Shown here in pieces: positions 53,928-63,766 of a DNA stretch of 64,000 nt; position 1 is the stretch's first letter; each line of letters opens with the position of its first letter. The DNA lies in NCBI GenBank assembly GCA_963804165.1, contig CAWDPO010000024.1, positions 128,001 to 192,000 of the forward strand, read 5' to 3'. Made by a program: the position numbers and the translations under genes. The notes under the pieces are model-generated. The model was given only the letters and a program-made list of their open reading frames with translations. It ran no database searches and had not been told where the DNA came from. The stretch comes from an uncultured delta proteobacterium (GTDB lineage Bacteria; Desulfobacterota; Binatia; UBA9968).

Positions 53928-54062
53928 ATGGGAAGGAATCTTAATACAAGCGGTCCCCTCATATCGCCTTACCGGTTCGCGAATATCGATTGGGCGTTCC
54001 ACATTTTCTGGCTGACCTACTTCAGCACCGTACTCGGTTTTGTAGCGTACGTTATCGGTTGA
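53928..54062 (+). CDS. 44-aa small membrane protein
   Basis: RBS AAGGAGAGG 6 nt before ATG; MGRNLNTSGPLISPYRFANIDWAFHIFWLTYFSTVLGFVAYVIG* with a C-terminal TM helix. Confidence 0.7.
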   Translation: MGRNLNTSGPLISPYRFANIDWAFHIFWLTYFSTVLGFVAYVIG

Positions 54063-54405
54063 TTAGCGTTAAAGCCCGCGGTGCCTGTTGGCGCAACGCC
54101 GCAGCATAAAAATCACTTGCCGACAAACTCCGATTTCGCGGCTAATACCGCAAGCTCGGCCGTGAGCCGATCGACTCGGCTTTCACAGCGGCATCGCTTG
54201 TTTTCCTAAAACGGCACTTCAGCTTTCTGCTTTGAGCTCAGAGCAGCTTCCGCACATCGCCATGGATATCGGCGAAACAAATCCGTAAGTTTTGTTGTTC
54301 ACTGCCGGCGTGTCGACGCAATGCCTTTCAACAGCATTAAGTTGCATTCAGGATAAAGCCCGTTGGACTAAAGCGTCGGGTGAAGAATCCATGGGATCAA
54401 ATTAT

Positions 54406-54434
54406 TTGACACGATAAAAGTTTCTTCCTAGATT
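54406..54434 (+). promoter_or_regulatory. sigma70 promoter
   Basis: TTGACA-N17-TAGATT upstream of 54522. Confidence 0.65.
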
Positions 54435-54521
54435 ACCCGCACCGAATGGCAATTTGCTGCCGCACCACATAAGAGATACTTCGACCGCCCGATCGTCGAA
54501 ATCAACACACGGAGAACAGCA

Positions 54522-55652
54522 ATGAGCGTCATGACTACAATGCCGAGGCAAGTGGCCGTTGCGATCAATGACCTTTTAGACACCTGCGGACAAATTAAGA
54601 CCGGACAGCAGGTATTAATTGTCGCGGCATCAGACGGTCTCACCGGCGGGGTCAACATCGTCGATGAAGCGACCATCGCTTGGATTCAGGCGGCCGTGCA
54701 GCAACGGGGCGCCTATGCATCCGTACTATGGACCGATATTCCAAGCCCAATCCACGCCTGGCGTGTGCCGCCAGTGATCAAAGCGGCCGTGGCGGGTATC
54801 GATGTGATGATCAGCCACGCCTTTGACTTGCCGTTTGAAGAACTCTACGAGTTGCGCGACGTCATGACCGAGCATCGTGCTGTGTTTGTTCGCAACATGG
54901 CGACCACGGCGGGCTTGCTGGCCAGCGATTGGGCGCAAACGCCGTATGAGCTTATATCGCAAATTCGTATTCGAACCGCGCGCTTGTTCCAGGAAGGCCT
55001 TGCCTGGACGCTGACACACCCGAACGGCACGCATTTGACAGGCAGGATTAGTGAGCCGAAACCGGCGGGCAGACGTTACGCGGATCTGCGCACCGAGGGT
55101 TTCTATCGTCCTTTTCCGGAAGGCGTCTTCAGCCCGATCAATTTGGCCGATACGGAAGGCACGCTGGTCTTCGATCGCACCTCGCCGTGGTGGGCGCGTT
55201 ACATCAATATCCCGGCCCACTTTGCCGAGCCGGTGCGCATCACGATCACTAACAATCGGATTCGGAAATTCGCAGGCGGTGATGAGGCCAAAGCTATGGA
55301 AAGTTTCATCGCTGCCATGGCGGATCGCGTCGGTGACATGATGTACGAAGCCTTTGCGCTGCATGGCGGAGTGCACCCGCATGCAAAGATTGGCCGGCAT
55401 CAGTGCGTCAATGACAGCTATCGGGATTTCATCGAACATCACCATTCTAGCAATCTCCACCTCCACTTGGGTGTAGTTCCGAGCGAGCACCGCGCAAGCT
55501 ATCCCTATTTCGTCCACATCACCGGGGATCTGCAGGGAGCGACCTTACAACTGGGAGACAAGCTGGTGTACGATCGCGGCAGGTTAACAACGCTGGACCT
55601 TCCAGAAATCAAGGAGCTTGCCGCGCGCTTTCCGGAGCGTCCCGGGATTTGA
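54522..55652 (+). CDS. M29 aminopeptidase-fold metalloenzyme (NicX / 2,5-dihydroxypyridine dioxygenase-like)
   Basis: GQQVLI, NGTHLTG, FPEGVF, EGTLVFD, PVRITI...IRKFAGG, HGGVHP, HLHLG, HITG; the architecture of the thermophilic metalloprotease family. Confidence 0.6.
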   Translation: MSVMTTMPRQVAVAINDLLDTCGQIKTGQQVLIVAASDGLTGGVNIVDEATIAWIQAAVQQRGAYASVLWTDIPSPIHAWRVPPVIKAAVAGIDVMISHAFDLPFEELYELRDVMTEHRAVFVRNMATTAGLLASDWAQTPYELISQIRIRTARLFQEGLAWTLTHPNGTHLTGRISEPKPAGRRYADLRTEGFYRPFPEGVFSPINLADTEGTLVFDRTSPWWARYINIPAHFAEPVRITITNNRIRKFAGGDEAKAMESFIAAMADRVGDMMYEAFALHGGVHPHAKIGRHQCVNDSYRDFIEHHHSSNLHLHLGVVPSEHRASYPYFVHITGDLQGATLQLGDKLVYDRGRLTTLDLPEIKELAARFPERPGI

Positions 55653-55724
55653 GCCAGCAACCGTCATAACAAGGGATTACAGTTTACTAGCTCACCGGCT
55701 GCCGAAAAGATCGAGGGAACAGGC

Positions 55725-56759
55725 ATGTTTATGAAAGACGCATTAGCATGGAAACCGCTGACCGTGCTCGCCAACCGACACCGCGTGAATCGGCATAGCT
55801 TTACGTCCGTGCTATTACTGTTGTCATTTCTTTTTGCGCCGCTCCATTTGAACGCCGTCGAGAAAGTGACCATCGCGCATTCCGTTCAACTCTCGGCGAC
55901 GATCGCGCCATTGCTTTACGGCATTCATCGCGGATTCTTCAGAGACGAGAATATCGAACTGGAATATCGGATGTTGCGGACCGACATCGGGGTCAAAGCA
56001 ATAATAAACAATGAGATTGATTATCTTTACAGTGCTGGGACAGCCATTCGGGCTTCCATTAGAGGCTTGCCTATCCGCGCTCTTTCTTACGATTTGGAGA
56101 GGCTGCCGCATTTTCTAATGGGTCGACCTGGCGTTAAATCGGCCAATGACCTGCGCGGGAAGATCATTGGCGTGAGTTCCTTTGGCGCATCGGGTGACGT
56201 GGCGGCGCGAGCTTGTCTGCGATCCATGGGCATCGACGTAAAGAAGGACGTCACAATCGTTTCTATGGGCTCCGATGCGGTCCGCTACAATGCCATCAAG
56301 GCCGGATCGGTCGAAGCCATCATCGTGCCCCTACCGCGCAACATTCAGTTGAAGAAAGAAGGTTTCGGCGAACTGTGTTACGCCGGGCGTATATTCAAGG
56401 GAGCGGTTTCCGGCGTGGTTGCAACGATGGATCGTATCCGCAATAAGCCGGACCAAGCCAGGGCGGTACTCCGAGGCATGTTGAAAACTTCAAGGTCATT
56501 GAAAAAAGACCGAGGTGATTTTGTCGATTTCTTGGTTTCGCGCGTAAAGCTTGAACGCGATGTGGCCGAGGAGACCGCCACGGTGATGATCGACGGTCAG
56601 ACCAAGAACGGGATTATCGAGGACAATGATCTCCAGGTCGTAATCGACGCTGAGCGCCAGATAATGCAAGTGGACAAACCGGTCAAAGTCTCCGATGTCG
56701 CCGACTATAGCTTGCTTCGGGAGATACTCAGCAAGGAAGAGAAAACTTCTCCCCGCTGA
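55725..56759 (+). CDS. ABC substrate-binding protein (SsuA/THI5/NMT1-like)
   Basis: Signal-like N-terminus, GFFRDENIEL, DLRGKIIGVSSFGA, AIKAGSVEA, DYSLLRE. Confidence 0.85.
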   Translation: MFMKDALAWKPLTVLANRHRVNRHSFTSVLLLLSFLFAPLHLNAVEKVTIAHSVQLSATIAPLLYGIHRGFFRDENIELEYRMLRTDIGVKAIINNEIDYLYSAGTAIRASIRGLPIRALSYDLERLPHFLMGRPGVKSANDLRGKIIGVSSFGASGDVAARACLRSMGIDVKKDVTIVSMGSDAVRYNAIKAGSVEAIIVPLPRNIQLKKEGFGELCYAGRIFKGAVSGVVATMDRIRNKPDQARAVLRGMLKTSRSLKKDRGDFVDFLVSRVKLERDVAEETATVMIDGQTKNGIIEDNDLQVVIDAERQIMQVDKPVKVSDVADYSLLREILSKEEKTSPR

Positions 56760-56772
56760 CTTTGAGAAAGAT

Positions 56773-57504
56773 CTAGACTGCTCTCAGAGTATGGCCCACC
56801 GCTGCACGATAGGCGGCGTCTACTTTGTAAGACGCCGCGGCGCCTTCGAGGGCGGTACGAACGGCAAATTCGTCTGTGATATGCGGAACGATTGCATCCC
56901 AAATAGCATCCGCGTGATCGACGTCCGCTTCCACGTGGACATTGGTTGAAGCGAGCCGTTCGCGCTCTATTCCAGCCTCGTTAACCAATTTCTCACGCCA
57001 TCTTCGCGAAATCCCCCCACCAGGAACAATGCGATCACTATTCCTGCGCTCGAGCGCGTGAAATGCCGTCAGCACGCTTAACCAGGGAAAGGTCGCGGCG
57101 ATATGCAGCCAACCATAGAATGCCGACACGATCAGTGGCGGCAAATCATACCCTTTAACATCATCCTCGGTAGCCCCGAAAGCACGGGCTTCACTTAGTT
57201 GTAGAGTTTGATGATCTGCGCCGCCCCGCAGGTCAAACGAAAGCTCATCCTTCTCATGCTCCCAAATAGTTTTTTTGACGCTGTAAGGGCACCGCGCCTG
57301 CACATATGCCCAACAATCTCGGCGGTTGATACCATAATAGACGGTGAGAATCGCATGAATCCGCGCGCGTTCACGGGTTAGCGGCGTCGAAAACATCAGC
57401 TTGAACTCGGGCGTGTCATATTGCGCGATCGCCATTTTGGTGAGTTGCCGATTCAAGTGATCAACAAAATCGTTGCGGCCGTCGCTTGTATTCGCACCAG
57501 ACAT
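56773..57504 (-). CDS. Heme-oxygenase-like diiron oxidase (PqqC/CADD/TenA superfamily)
   Basis: RBS GGAGGAG before MSGANTS; HEKDE..ADH, LERRN and HVEADVDH give a CADD-like E/H/E/H/D/H ligand set. Confidence 0.75.
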   Translation of the reverse strand: MSGANTSDGRNDFVDHLNRQLTKMAIAQYDTPEFKLMFSTPLTRERARIHAILTVYYGINRRDCWAYVQARCPYSVKKTIWEHEKDELSFDLRGGADHQTLQLSEARAFGATEDDVKGYDLPPLIVSAFYGWLHIAATFPWLSVLTAFHALERRNSDRIVPGGGISRRWREKLVNEAGIERERLASTNVHVEADVDHADAIWDAIVPHITDEFAVRTALEGAAASYKVDAAYRAAVGHTLRAV

Positions 57505-57757
57505 GATCGTTCTCCTCCGAAGATCCTTCAATGACCATGGATAACACTCGCTAATTTGGCAAGTCAATGTGTGCGCTTCGTTTCCATCGCGCAGGTGTGT
57601 CAGCGCTCGCGCATTTTTCCACATGAAGAAAGCGAGTGCCAAACGAGTGTTTCGAACTGATTGAGCAACGCAGCGTGAATTGCACGAGCAACAACATCCA
57701 AGAGCGAACAATGAAGAATTCGTCGCGCCGAAAGATATGCAGGCGGAGCATTGTGCT

Positions 57758-57780
57758 GTGCTGACAATCAGCACTTGACT
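57758..57780 (+). promoter_or_regulatory. Palindromic operator abutting a -35 box
   Basis: GTGCTGA-CAA-TCAGCAC immediately followed by TTGACT in the divergent intergenic region. Confidence 0.5.
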
Positions 57781-57860
57781 CTGTCGTTACTTCCACGTAC
57801 GAGATTTGCGGTGATCGGCGGACCAGCGTCTATGCCGATGGAAGGAGCTCTCAAACATAA

Positions 57861-58853
57861 ATGAAGCGGCACAAACAATTGATCGCTCAAAAAATCTCGA
57901 ATATTTCTGCTCTACTGATCGTTTTTATTCTTAGTTCTATTCGACCAGCTCCGGCAGAAGTCGACTTTCCCATCGGCTATGTGTCGCGCGGCGGCACCTA
58001 TGCCTTCATCAGTCTTATCGAGCAACACAAACTGCTTGAACAGGAAGGTATCCGGCCCACTTTTGTCTACATTGGCGGGCCACAGGTATCGCAAGCGCTC
58101 ATCTCAGGCGATATTCGCATGGCCATCGTCGCCGCGGCGAGCCCTATTCGCGCCGCGGCTCACGGTGCTGACCTGCGATTCGTCGGCGGAGTGACAGATA
58201 AGGAAGTGGCCTCCTTTGTCGCCGCGCCAAATATCAAGACTCCTGCGGAGTTGAAAGGCACACGTTTGGCCATCGATCGCTTTGGCGACTATAGTGATTT
58301 CCGCGCGCGCAAAGTTTTGGAGATGTTTGGCCTGCAGGCGCAAAAAGATGTAACGCTCTTGCAGATCGGCGCGCAGACGGCCCGTTTCGCCGCGCTTAGA
58401 AGCAATAACGTCCAGTCGACCTTTGTCGTGCCGCCCCTCACACTGGTGGCGCGAAAGGCAGGTTTACGCGAACTCGCAGATCTCGGCGAACTTGGGTTTC
58501 CCTCATCGTCGGGAGCATTCGTCGTCATGCAATCGACCGTGGAAAAAAATCCCAAAGAGATTTATGGCGTGCTGCGCGCATTTGTCAAAGCCATCCGCTT
58601 ATACAAGGCGGACAAAGAGCAGGCGCTCGGCGCCATCGCTCGTTTCATGAAATTGAACGACCGCGAAGCGTTGGAAGAAACCTGGCGCATGAACGCCAAA
58701 GTGCTTAAGGATATTCCATCTCCGCCGTTGGCCGGCATCCGGGTCGTCAGAGATTTCTTGGCCCAGACCGATCCAGAGGTCAAGAAGATGAATCTCGAGT
58801 CCTTCATCACCACCCAGTTTACCGACCGCCTGCAGAGAGAAGGCGTGAAGTGA
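57861..58853 (+). CDS. ABC substrate-binding protein (SsuA/THI5/NMT1-like)
   Basis: QALISGDI, ELKGTRLAIDRFG, RFAALRSN. Confidence 0.85.
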   Translation: MKRHKQLIAQKISNISALLIVFILSSIRPAPAEVDFPIGYVSRGGTYAFISLIEQHKLLEQEGIRPTFVYIGGPQVSQALISGDIRMAIVAAASPIRAAAHGADLRFVGGVTDKEVASFVAAPNIKTPAELKGTRLAIDRFGDYSDFRARKVLEMFGLQAQKDVTLLQIGAQTARFAALRSNNVQSTFVVPPLTLVARKAGLRELADLGELGFPSSSGAFVVMQSTVEKNPKEIYGVLRAFVKAIRLYKADKEQALGAIARFMKLNDREALEETWRMNAKVLKDIPSPPLAGIRVVRDFLAQTDPEVKKMNLESFITTQFTDRLQREGVK

Positions 58854-59845
58854 ACCGAAGAAACAGCATCGGCGGCGGGAAAAATCTCGTTCTGTTGCTC
58901 GGCGTTCTATCATTTACACTCACGACAAACTCCGAATGCAGTGCGGCGGAAAAGCCGTTGCAGAAAGTGCGCGCCGGCTACGTTAGCCCGAGCACGGATA
59001 ACGTCTTATTGCCCATCGCGCAAAAACGCGGCTTGCTTGCGCAGCATGGAATCGAAGTCGAGATTATCGCTCTACGCGGCGGTGTGCAGATGGCGCAGGC
59101 GTTGCTTAGCGACAGCTTACAGTTCGCGCAAATGGCAGGCTCCGTGGTGGTCCGCTCGGTTTTGGCCGGTAGCGATCTGGTCATGATCGCCGGTTTCGTT
59201 AATCGGATCAGTTACCTCATGGTGTCACGGCCTGGCATCAACAGCATGAAAGATTTGACCGGCAAGAAAATCGCCACGGCATCCATCGGCGGTTCAGTGG
59301 ACTCCGTCCTGCGGCTCGGCCTAAGAGCTTCTGGGATCGATCCGCAGCATGCAACCCTGTTGCCCGCCGGACCGCCAAACGCGCGAATTGCCGCTCTGGC
59401 CAGCGGTCAAATGGATGCGACGATAGTGTTGCCGGAAAATCTCGGCGTTGCTGAAAAAGCCGGGCTCAAAGTTCTCAAAGATCTTTCAGAGGTCGACCTA
59501 CAGATTCAACACACGGGTCTGGTCGTCAGACGGAGCTTGATCAAGGAAAATCGCCATCTCGTAAAGTCGTTCCTCGCCGCGATCGCCGAGGCGATCAATT
59601 TTTATCGTGACAACGAGCGCGAGACCATCGAAATCATGGGCGCATTTGCCGGCACTAAAGACGCCGGCCCGTTGCGGGACAGTTATCGGTTTCATAAACG
59701 GCTTTTTCAGCAGCCGCCCTATCCCTCCGCGGAGGGATTCAAAACCGTGCTCGCCGAGATTCGCGATCCGGCGATCGATGAAAAGAAGATTCGTAGCGAG
59801 CAATTCTTTGATAGGACATTACTCGACGAACTTAGAGCGAAATAA
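58850..59845 (+). CDS. ABC substrate-binding protein (SsuA/THI5/NMT1-like)
   Basis: GIEVEII, QALLSDSLQF, DLTGKKIA, RIAALASGQMDA, PYPSAEG. Confidence 0.85.
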   Translation: MNRRNSIGGGKNLVLLLGVLSFTLTTNSECSAAEKPLQKVRAGYVSPSTDNVLLPIAQKRGLLAQHGIEVEIIALRGGVQMAQALLSDSLQFAQMAGSVVVRSVLAGSDLVMIAGFVNRISYLMVSRPGINSMKDLTGKKIATASIGGSVDSVLRLGLRASGIDPQHATLLPAGPPNARIAALASGQMDATIVLPENLGVAEKAGLKVLKDLSEVDLQIQHTGLVVRRSLIKENRHLVKSFLAAIAEAINFYRDNERETIEIMGAFAGTKDAGPLRDSYRFHKRLFQQPPYPSAEGFKTVLAEIRDPAIDEKKIRSEQFFDRTLLDELRAK

Positions 59846-59914
59846 GGGGCAGTCAGGCTAAATCGCGATGACGAACAGGTCAGCGCGTTACCAAGGCGAA
59901 TTTTTGAGGACACG

Positions 59915-60862
59915 ATGATGCATTCAAAGAGTCATTACTTCGGTCTTGTTCTCGCTCTCCTGGTTTTGTCCGTGCAATCTCTCCATGCTAAGGACATCGT
60001 CATCGCGACGTCGTCAATGACTTTGACCAGCATTCCCTATCTTGTCGCGATTGAAAAAAAATACTTTGAAAAGGAAGGACTCGCCGCGCAATATGTCGTA
60101 ATGCGTTCGGACCTCGCCGTAAAGGGATTGATTACCGGCGACGTCGACTACAATCAAAGCGTATCAAGTGTTCTACGTGCCGGCGTTGCCGGTGCTCCCT
60201 TAATCACCGTTGCCGGAATTTATAACCGAACTTTCTTCGAATTAATTGCCCGGCGTGACATCAAATCGCTCGCCGAACTGAAAGGGAAGACAGTCGGGAT
60301 CAGTCGTTACGGCGCCTCTACGGAGTACGCCCTACGATTCGGGCTCAAGGCCAACGGGATCGATCCTGACAAGCAGATCAAGATGCTGGCAGTGGGCGAA
60401 GATGCCGCTAGAATAGCCGGACTGCAGAACGGAACGCTGGCAGCCATCGTATCGCAGGTGCCGGCGAATTTTTTTGCGCACAAAGTCGGCGGCCATACGC
60501 TCCTTCCTTTGGGTGAGTATATGGAGACCCTGCTGGCGGGCGTGGGTGTCGGCCAAAAAAAATTGGAGCAAAACCGCGATGAAGCTAAACGAGTAATTCG
60601 TGCGCTGCTTCGCGCCATGGATTTCATGCAGGCTCAACCTGTTGAAGTAAAAACCCTGATCCAGAAACGACTCGGTGTATCCGAGATGATTATAGTGGAT
60701 CATATCTATGGTCTGATAACGAAATATGCCACGCGCAATGGCATTCCTTCACAGAAAGCGATCGAGAACACGCTTTTGGGAACGCCCTTCGAGGGCAAGG
60801 TAACAAACTTTGATAAGCTGGTCGATTTCTCGATGGCGCGGGAAGTCGCGGAAGGAAAATAG
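59915..60862 (+). CDS. ABC substrate-binding protein (SsuA/THI5/NMT1-like)
   Basis: YFEKEGL, GDVDY, ELKGKTVGISRYGA, DFSMAREV. Confidence 0.85.
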   Translation: MMHSKSHYFGLVLALLVLSVQSLHAKDIVIATSSMTLTSIPYLVAIEKKYFEKEGLAAQYVVMRSDLAVKGLITGDVDYNQSVSSVLRAGVAGAPLITVAGIYNRTFFELIARRDIKSLAELKGKTVGISRYGASTEYALRFGLKANGIDPDKQIKMLAVGEDAARIAGLQNGTLAAIVSQVPANFFAHKVGGHTLLPLGEYMETLLAGVGVGQKKLEQNRDEAKRVIRALLRAMDFMQAQPVEVKTLIQKRLGVSEMIIVDHIYGLITKYATRNGIPSQKAIENTLLGTPFEGKVTNFDKLVDFSMAREVAEGK

Positions 60863-60947
60863 CAGGTACGGGCAAGACCACGAAAGTGATTCATGAGCTT
60901 ATACGCCCATAGGTAATGAAAACACGGTCACGCTGGACGGGCCACAC

Positions 60948-61026
60948 ATGTCATGCTGAGCGCCAGCGAAGCATCTGCTTTTCGAACAGAGAAAGCAGAT
61001 TCTTCGGCTTCGCCTCAGAATGACAT
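60948..61026. repeat. REP-like palindrome (TGTCAT...ATGACA type)
   Basis: ATGTCATGCTGAG ... CTCAGAATGACAT with an inner ATCTGCTTT/AAAGCAGAT stem. Confidence 0.8.
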
Positions 61027-61124
61027 TCTGAGTAAGGGAAGGTTCTTCAGATCGTCCCGCAGTCGCCCTAACCTCAATCTACGAAGGAGCCGGCAAGGTA
61101 GATAGAAGCGAACCTAAGGGTGAG

Positions 61125-62543
61125 ATGATGGAGATTGGGCAGGAAGAGGCAGATGTCGTCATCGTCGGCTACGGCGGAGCAGGCGCGGCGGCCGCTATTT
61201 CTGCTCACGATGCCGGCGTGTCTGTCATTGTCCTGGAGAAGGACTCCGGCGGCGGGAATACCCGCTTGGCCACCAACGCTTTTCTCTGCCCGATCAACAA
61301 CGCGAACGCTAAGGAACATTTGCGCGCTCTCTCTTCCGGAACCGTCACCGACGCAATTATCGATGCCTTTTTGGAATGGAGCTCGAAGAATGCCGAGTTC
61401 ATAGAGGAGCTCGGCGGCGGCGTGGAGCGGGTCACTCCCGGTCCAACTTTCCCCAAGCTACTCGGCTCGGAGGCGATGACCCGCTACAGAGTGAAAGGTC
61501 CTCCAGGCGAGCGCGGCGGCGTTTCGCTTTGGAATCTACTTTCCAAGAACGTTCAACAAAGGAAGATCCGTGTCTGCCAGCAAAGCCCGGTGAAAAAACT
61601 GCTGCGATCCGGAGACGAAGTTGTCGAGGTAGAAGCAGAAATAGAAGGACAATGCTTGCGAATCCGCGCAAAGAAGGCAGTGGTTTTGGCGACCGGGGGA
61701 TTTGAGTTCAACGAGGACATGAAGAGAGAATATCTTTTGGGCTATCCCATCTATGCCTATGGACATAACGGAAATCGGGGAGATGGCATCAAGCTGGCGC
61801 AGGATCTTGGCGCGGATCTTTGGCACATGAAGTCGGTAGCGGCGCCCATGGGATATAAATTTCCCGAATACGAAGCGGCGTTCACTATGCAAATGCCGGC
61901 GAACGGCTATATCATCGTCGATCAGCACGGATGCAGGTTCTGCAATGAAACCGGTCTCGAGCATTACAGCATGTGGATGGAAGCGACTCGCCTTGATATG
62001 GAAACCCTTGGGTTTTCCCGAATTCCTTCCTATCTCATTTTCGATGATCGAACCCGTCTTTCCGGACCGATCACGCAGTTAGGCCATGGGGCCAACCGAG
62101 ATTACAACTGGAGCGCCGACAATTCAGAGGAGCTTAGGCGCGGATGGATAACGAGTGGAAAGAGCGGCGAGCAGTTGGCGGTTGGGCTGGGAATAAATTC
62201 TCCGGACCAATTGTCCAGAACTTTGAGCGCGTATCAGGCGTTCTGTAAGAAAGGGAAGGACGAGGAGTTTGCCCGATCCAGAGAAACCTTAATTGAGCTT
62301 CGCGGAGATTTATACGGAGTGCCTTTATGGCCGTGTTTGTTGAACACCCAAGGAGGGCCCAAGAGAAATAACCGAGGACAAATCCTGGACGTGTGGGGCC
62401 AACCAATAAAGCGGCTCTACGGCGCGGGTGAGTTGGGTTCCATTTGGGGATTTTTGTACCAGAGCGGCGGGAATCTCTGCGAGTGCCTGGCTTCAGGCCG
62501 AATGGCTGGATTCAATGCGGCGCATGAACCGCTTCAGTCTTGA
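61125..62543 (+). CDS. FAD-binding oxidoreductase (fumarate reductase / 3-ketosteroid dehydrogenase flavoprotein family)
   Basis: DVVIVGYGGAG, LEK, VVLATGGFE, GDGI, RFCNE, TQGG, LYGAGE, GRMAG. Confidence 0.88.
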   Translation: MMEIGQEEADVVIVGYGGAGAAAAISAHDAGVSVIVLEKDSGGGNTRLATNAFLCPINNANAKEHLRALSSGTVTDAIIDAFLEWSSKNAEFIEELGGGVERVTPGPTFPKLLGSEAMTRYRVKGPPGERGGVSLWNLLSKNVQQRKIRVCQQSPVKKLLRSGDEVVEVEAEIEGQCLRIRAKKAVVLATGGFEFNEDMKREYLLGYPIYAYGHNGNRGDGIKLAQDLGADLWHMKSVAAPMGYKFPEYEAAFTMQMPANGYIIVDQHGCRFCNETGLEHYSMWMEATRLDMETLGFSRIPSYLIFDDRTRLSGPITQLGHGANRDYNWSADNSEELRRGWITSGKSGEQLAVGLGINSPDQLSRTLSAYQAFCKKGKDEEFARSRETLIELRGDLYGVPLWPCLLNTQGGPKRNNRGQILDVWGQPIKRLYGAGELGSIWGFLYQSGGNLCECLASGRMAGFNAAHEPLQS

Positions 62544-62655
62544 ATGCCAATCTGTCGGAGCTATTTGACACTATCGACGCAGCCAGAATATACCTGGTGC
62601 TCAAACTTGTTCCGACGGGCAACACACTGCTTGGGAAGAAGGGAGCCGGCAAACA

Positions 62656-63699
62656 GTGCCTATAAAAAAATATCCTCTAGAGGCCCGCCGGACGCCAAAT
62701 TTCCGGCGCCTTTTTTTATTTGCAGCGTTAAGCCTCTTCCTCAGGGTCCCTGCTTGGCCGCAAGAATACAAGCCAAGCGAGGCCGCCAGAAAAGACGGCA
62801 AAGTGGTCGTGTATGGCTCACTCGAAGACGAGCAGTTCACACGCATCAAGAACAACTTTGAAAAGAAAACTGGAATCACGATCGACTACTGGAGAGCGTC
62901 CAATGCAAAAATCCTGGACCGGGCAATCACCGAACATCGGGCCCGAAAGCCGCTCTTTGACGTGATACTGAACAATGAAGACCCGATGCAAATCATGCTT
63001 CAAGAGGGAATCCTTGCCAAATTTGATTCTCCATCGATCAAGAATTTTTCCAAAGACACGATTCACCCTGAGCTGGGCGTGAGGTATCGCAATGTAATTA
63101 TCGGCATCGTTTACAACAACGAAGTCGTCAAGCCTGCGGAAGCTCCCAGATCGCTCGATGATCTGGTTAAACCTCAATACAGAGGAAAGTTGGTGATGCC
63201 TGATCCGACACAACATTCTCTCACGACGCAGTGGCTCGCCAGCCTGCACAGGATCATGGGAAAAGACAAGGCGGACAGGTTCATACGCGATCTGGCTGCA
63301 GCCAGGCCGGCCCTGGTGGAATCCGTCAGTCCCGCGGCGGACCGCGTCGTCTCCGGGGAAACGCCGATCGCTATTGCGTTCGTGAAGTTTGCCTTTGAAT
63401 ACGGCAGAAAGGGTGCGCCCATCGACTATGTGCGTCTAGGCAAGATGCTGGGTGACGGCCATTATGTCGCCCTTAGCGCCAAGGCGGCGCGTCCGGATGC
63501 GGCCAAAGCTTTTGTCGACTTCTTCCTTGGGGAAGAGAGCATGAAAATCATGGCTGAGATGGGCGAGTTCGTAAGCCGAAAAGGAATTTACCCGCCGCTG
63601 AAAGACGCAGACAAGATTGAATTCGTGCCAATGGATCATCTCGGGACCAAAGGTTTTGCGGAAAAAAAGCAAGAGTACAGGAAGCTCTTTCTCCAGTAA
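62656..63699 (+). CDS. ABC extracellular solute-binding protein (Fe/polyamine/2-AEP cluster type)
   Basis: DGKVVVYGS, FEKKTGITI, YNNEVV, DLVKPQYRGKL, GAPIDY, AAKAFVDFFL. Confidence 0.85.
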   Translation: MPIKKYPLEARRTPNFRRLFLFAALSLFLRVPAWPQEYKPSEAARKDGKVVVYGSLEDEQFTRIKNNFEKKTGITIDYWRASNAKILDRAITEHRARKPLFDVILNNEDPMQIMLQEGILAKFDSPSIKNFSKDTIHPELGVRYRNVIIGIVYNNEVVKPAEAPRSLDDLVKPQYRGKLVMPDPTQHSLTTQWLASLHRIMGKDKADRFIRDLAAARPALVESVSPAADRVVSGETPIAIAFVKFAFEYGRKGAPIDYVRLGKMLGDGHYVALSAKAARPDAAKAFVDFFLGEESMKIMAEMGEFVSRKGIYPPLKDADKIEFVPMDHLGTKGFAEKKQEYRKLFLQ

Positions 63700-63766
63700 A
63701 AGCAGCCTGGAGCCCGGCGATAGGATCACAATCCCGGCACTATGAGGTCTTCCCAGAGGAAGCGAA

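Noticed and set aside
54110-54330. Possible small minus-strand gene (…RVDRLTAELAVLAAKSEFVGK*)
   Set aside because: No open frame or start can be reconstructed with confidence.
54361-54372. CGTTGGACTAAA shared with the minus strand near 46610-46621
   Set aside because: A single 12-mer match is expected many times by chance in 64 kb, and the flanks do not align.
57505-57774. 90-aa N-terminal extension of the HO-like ORF
   Set aside because: A strong RBS precedes the ATG at 57504, and the extension overlaps the divergent promoter region.
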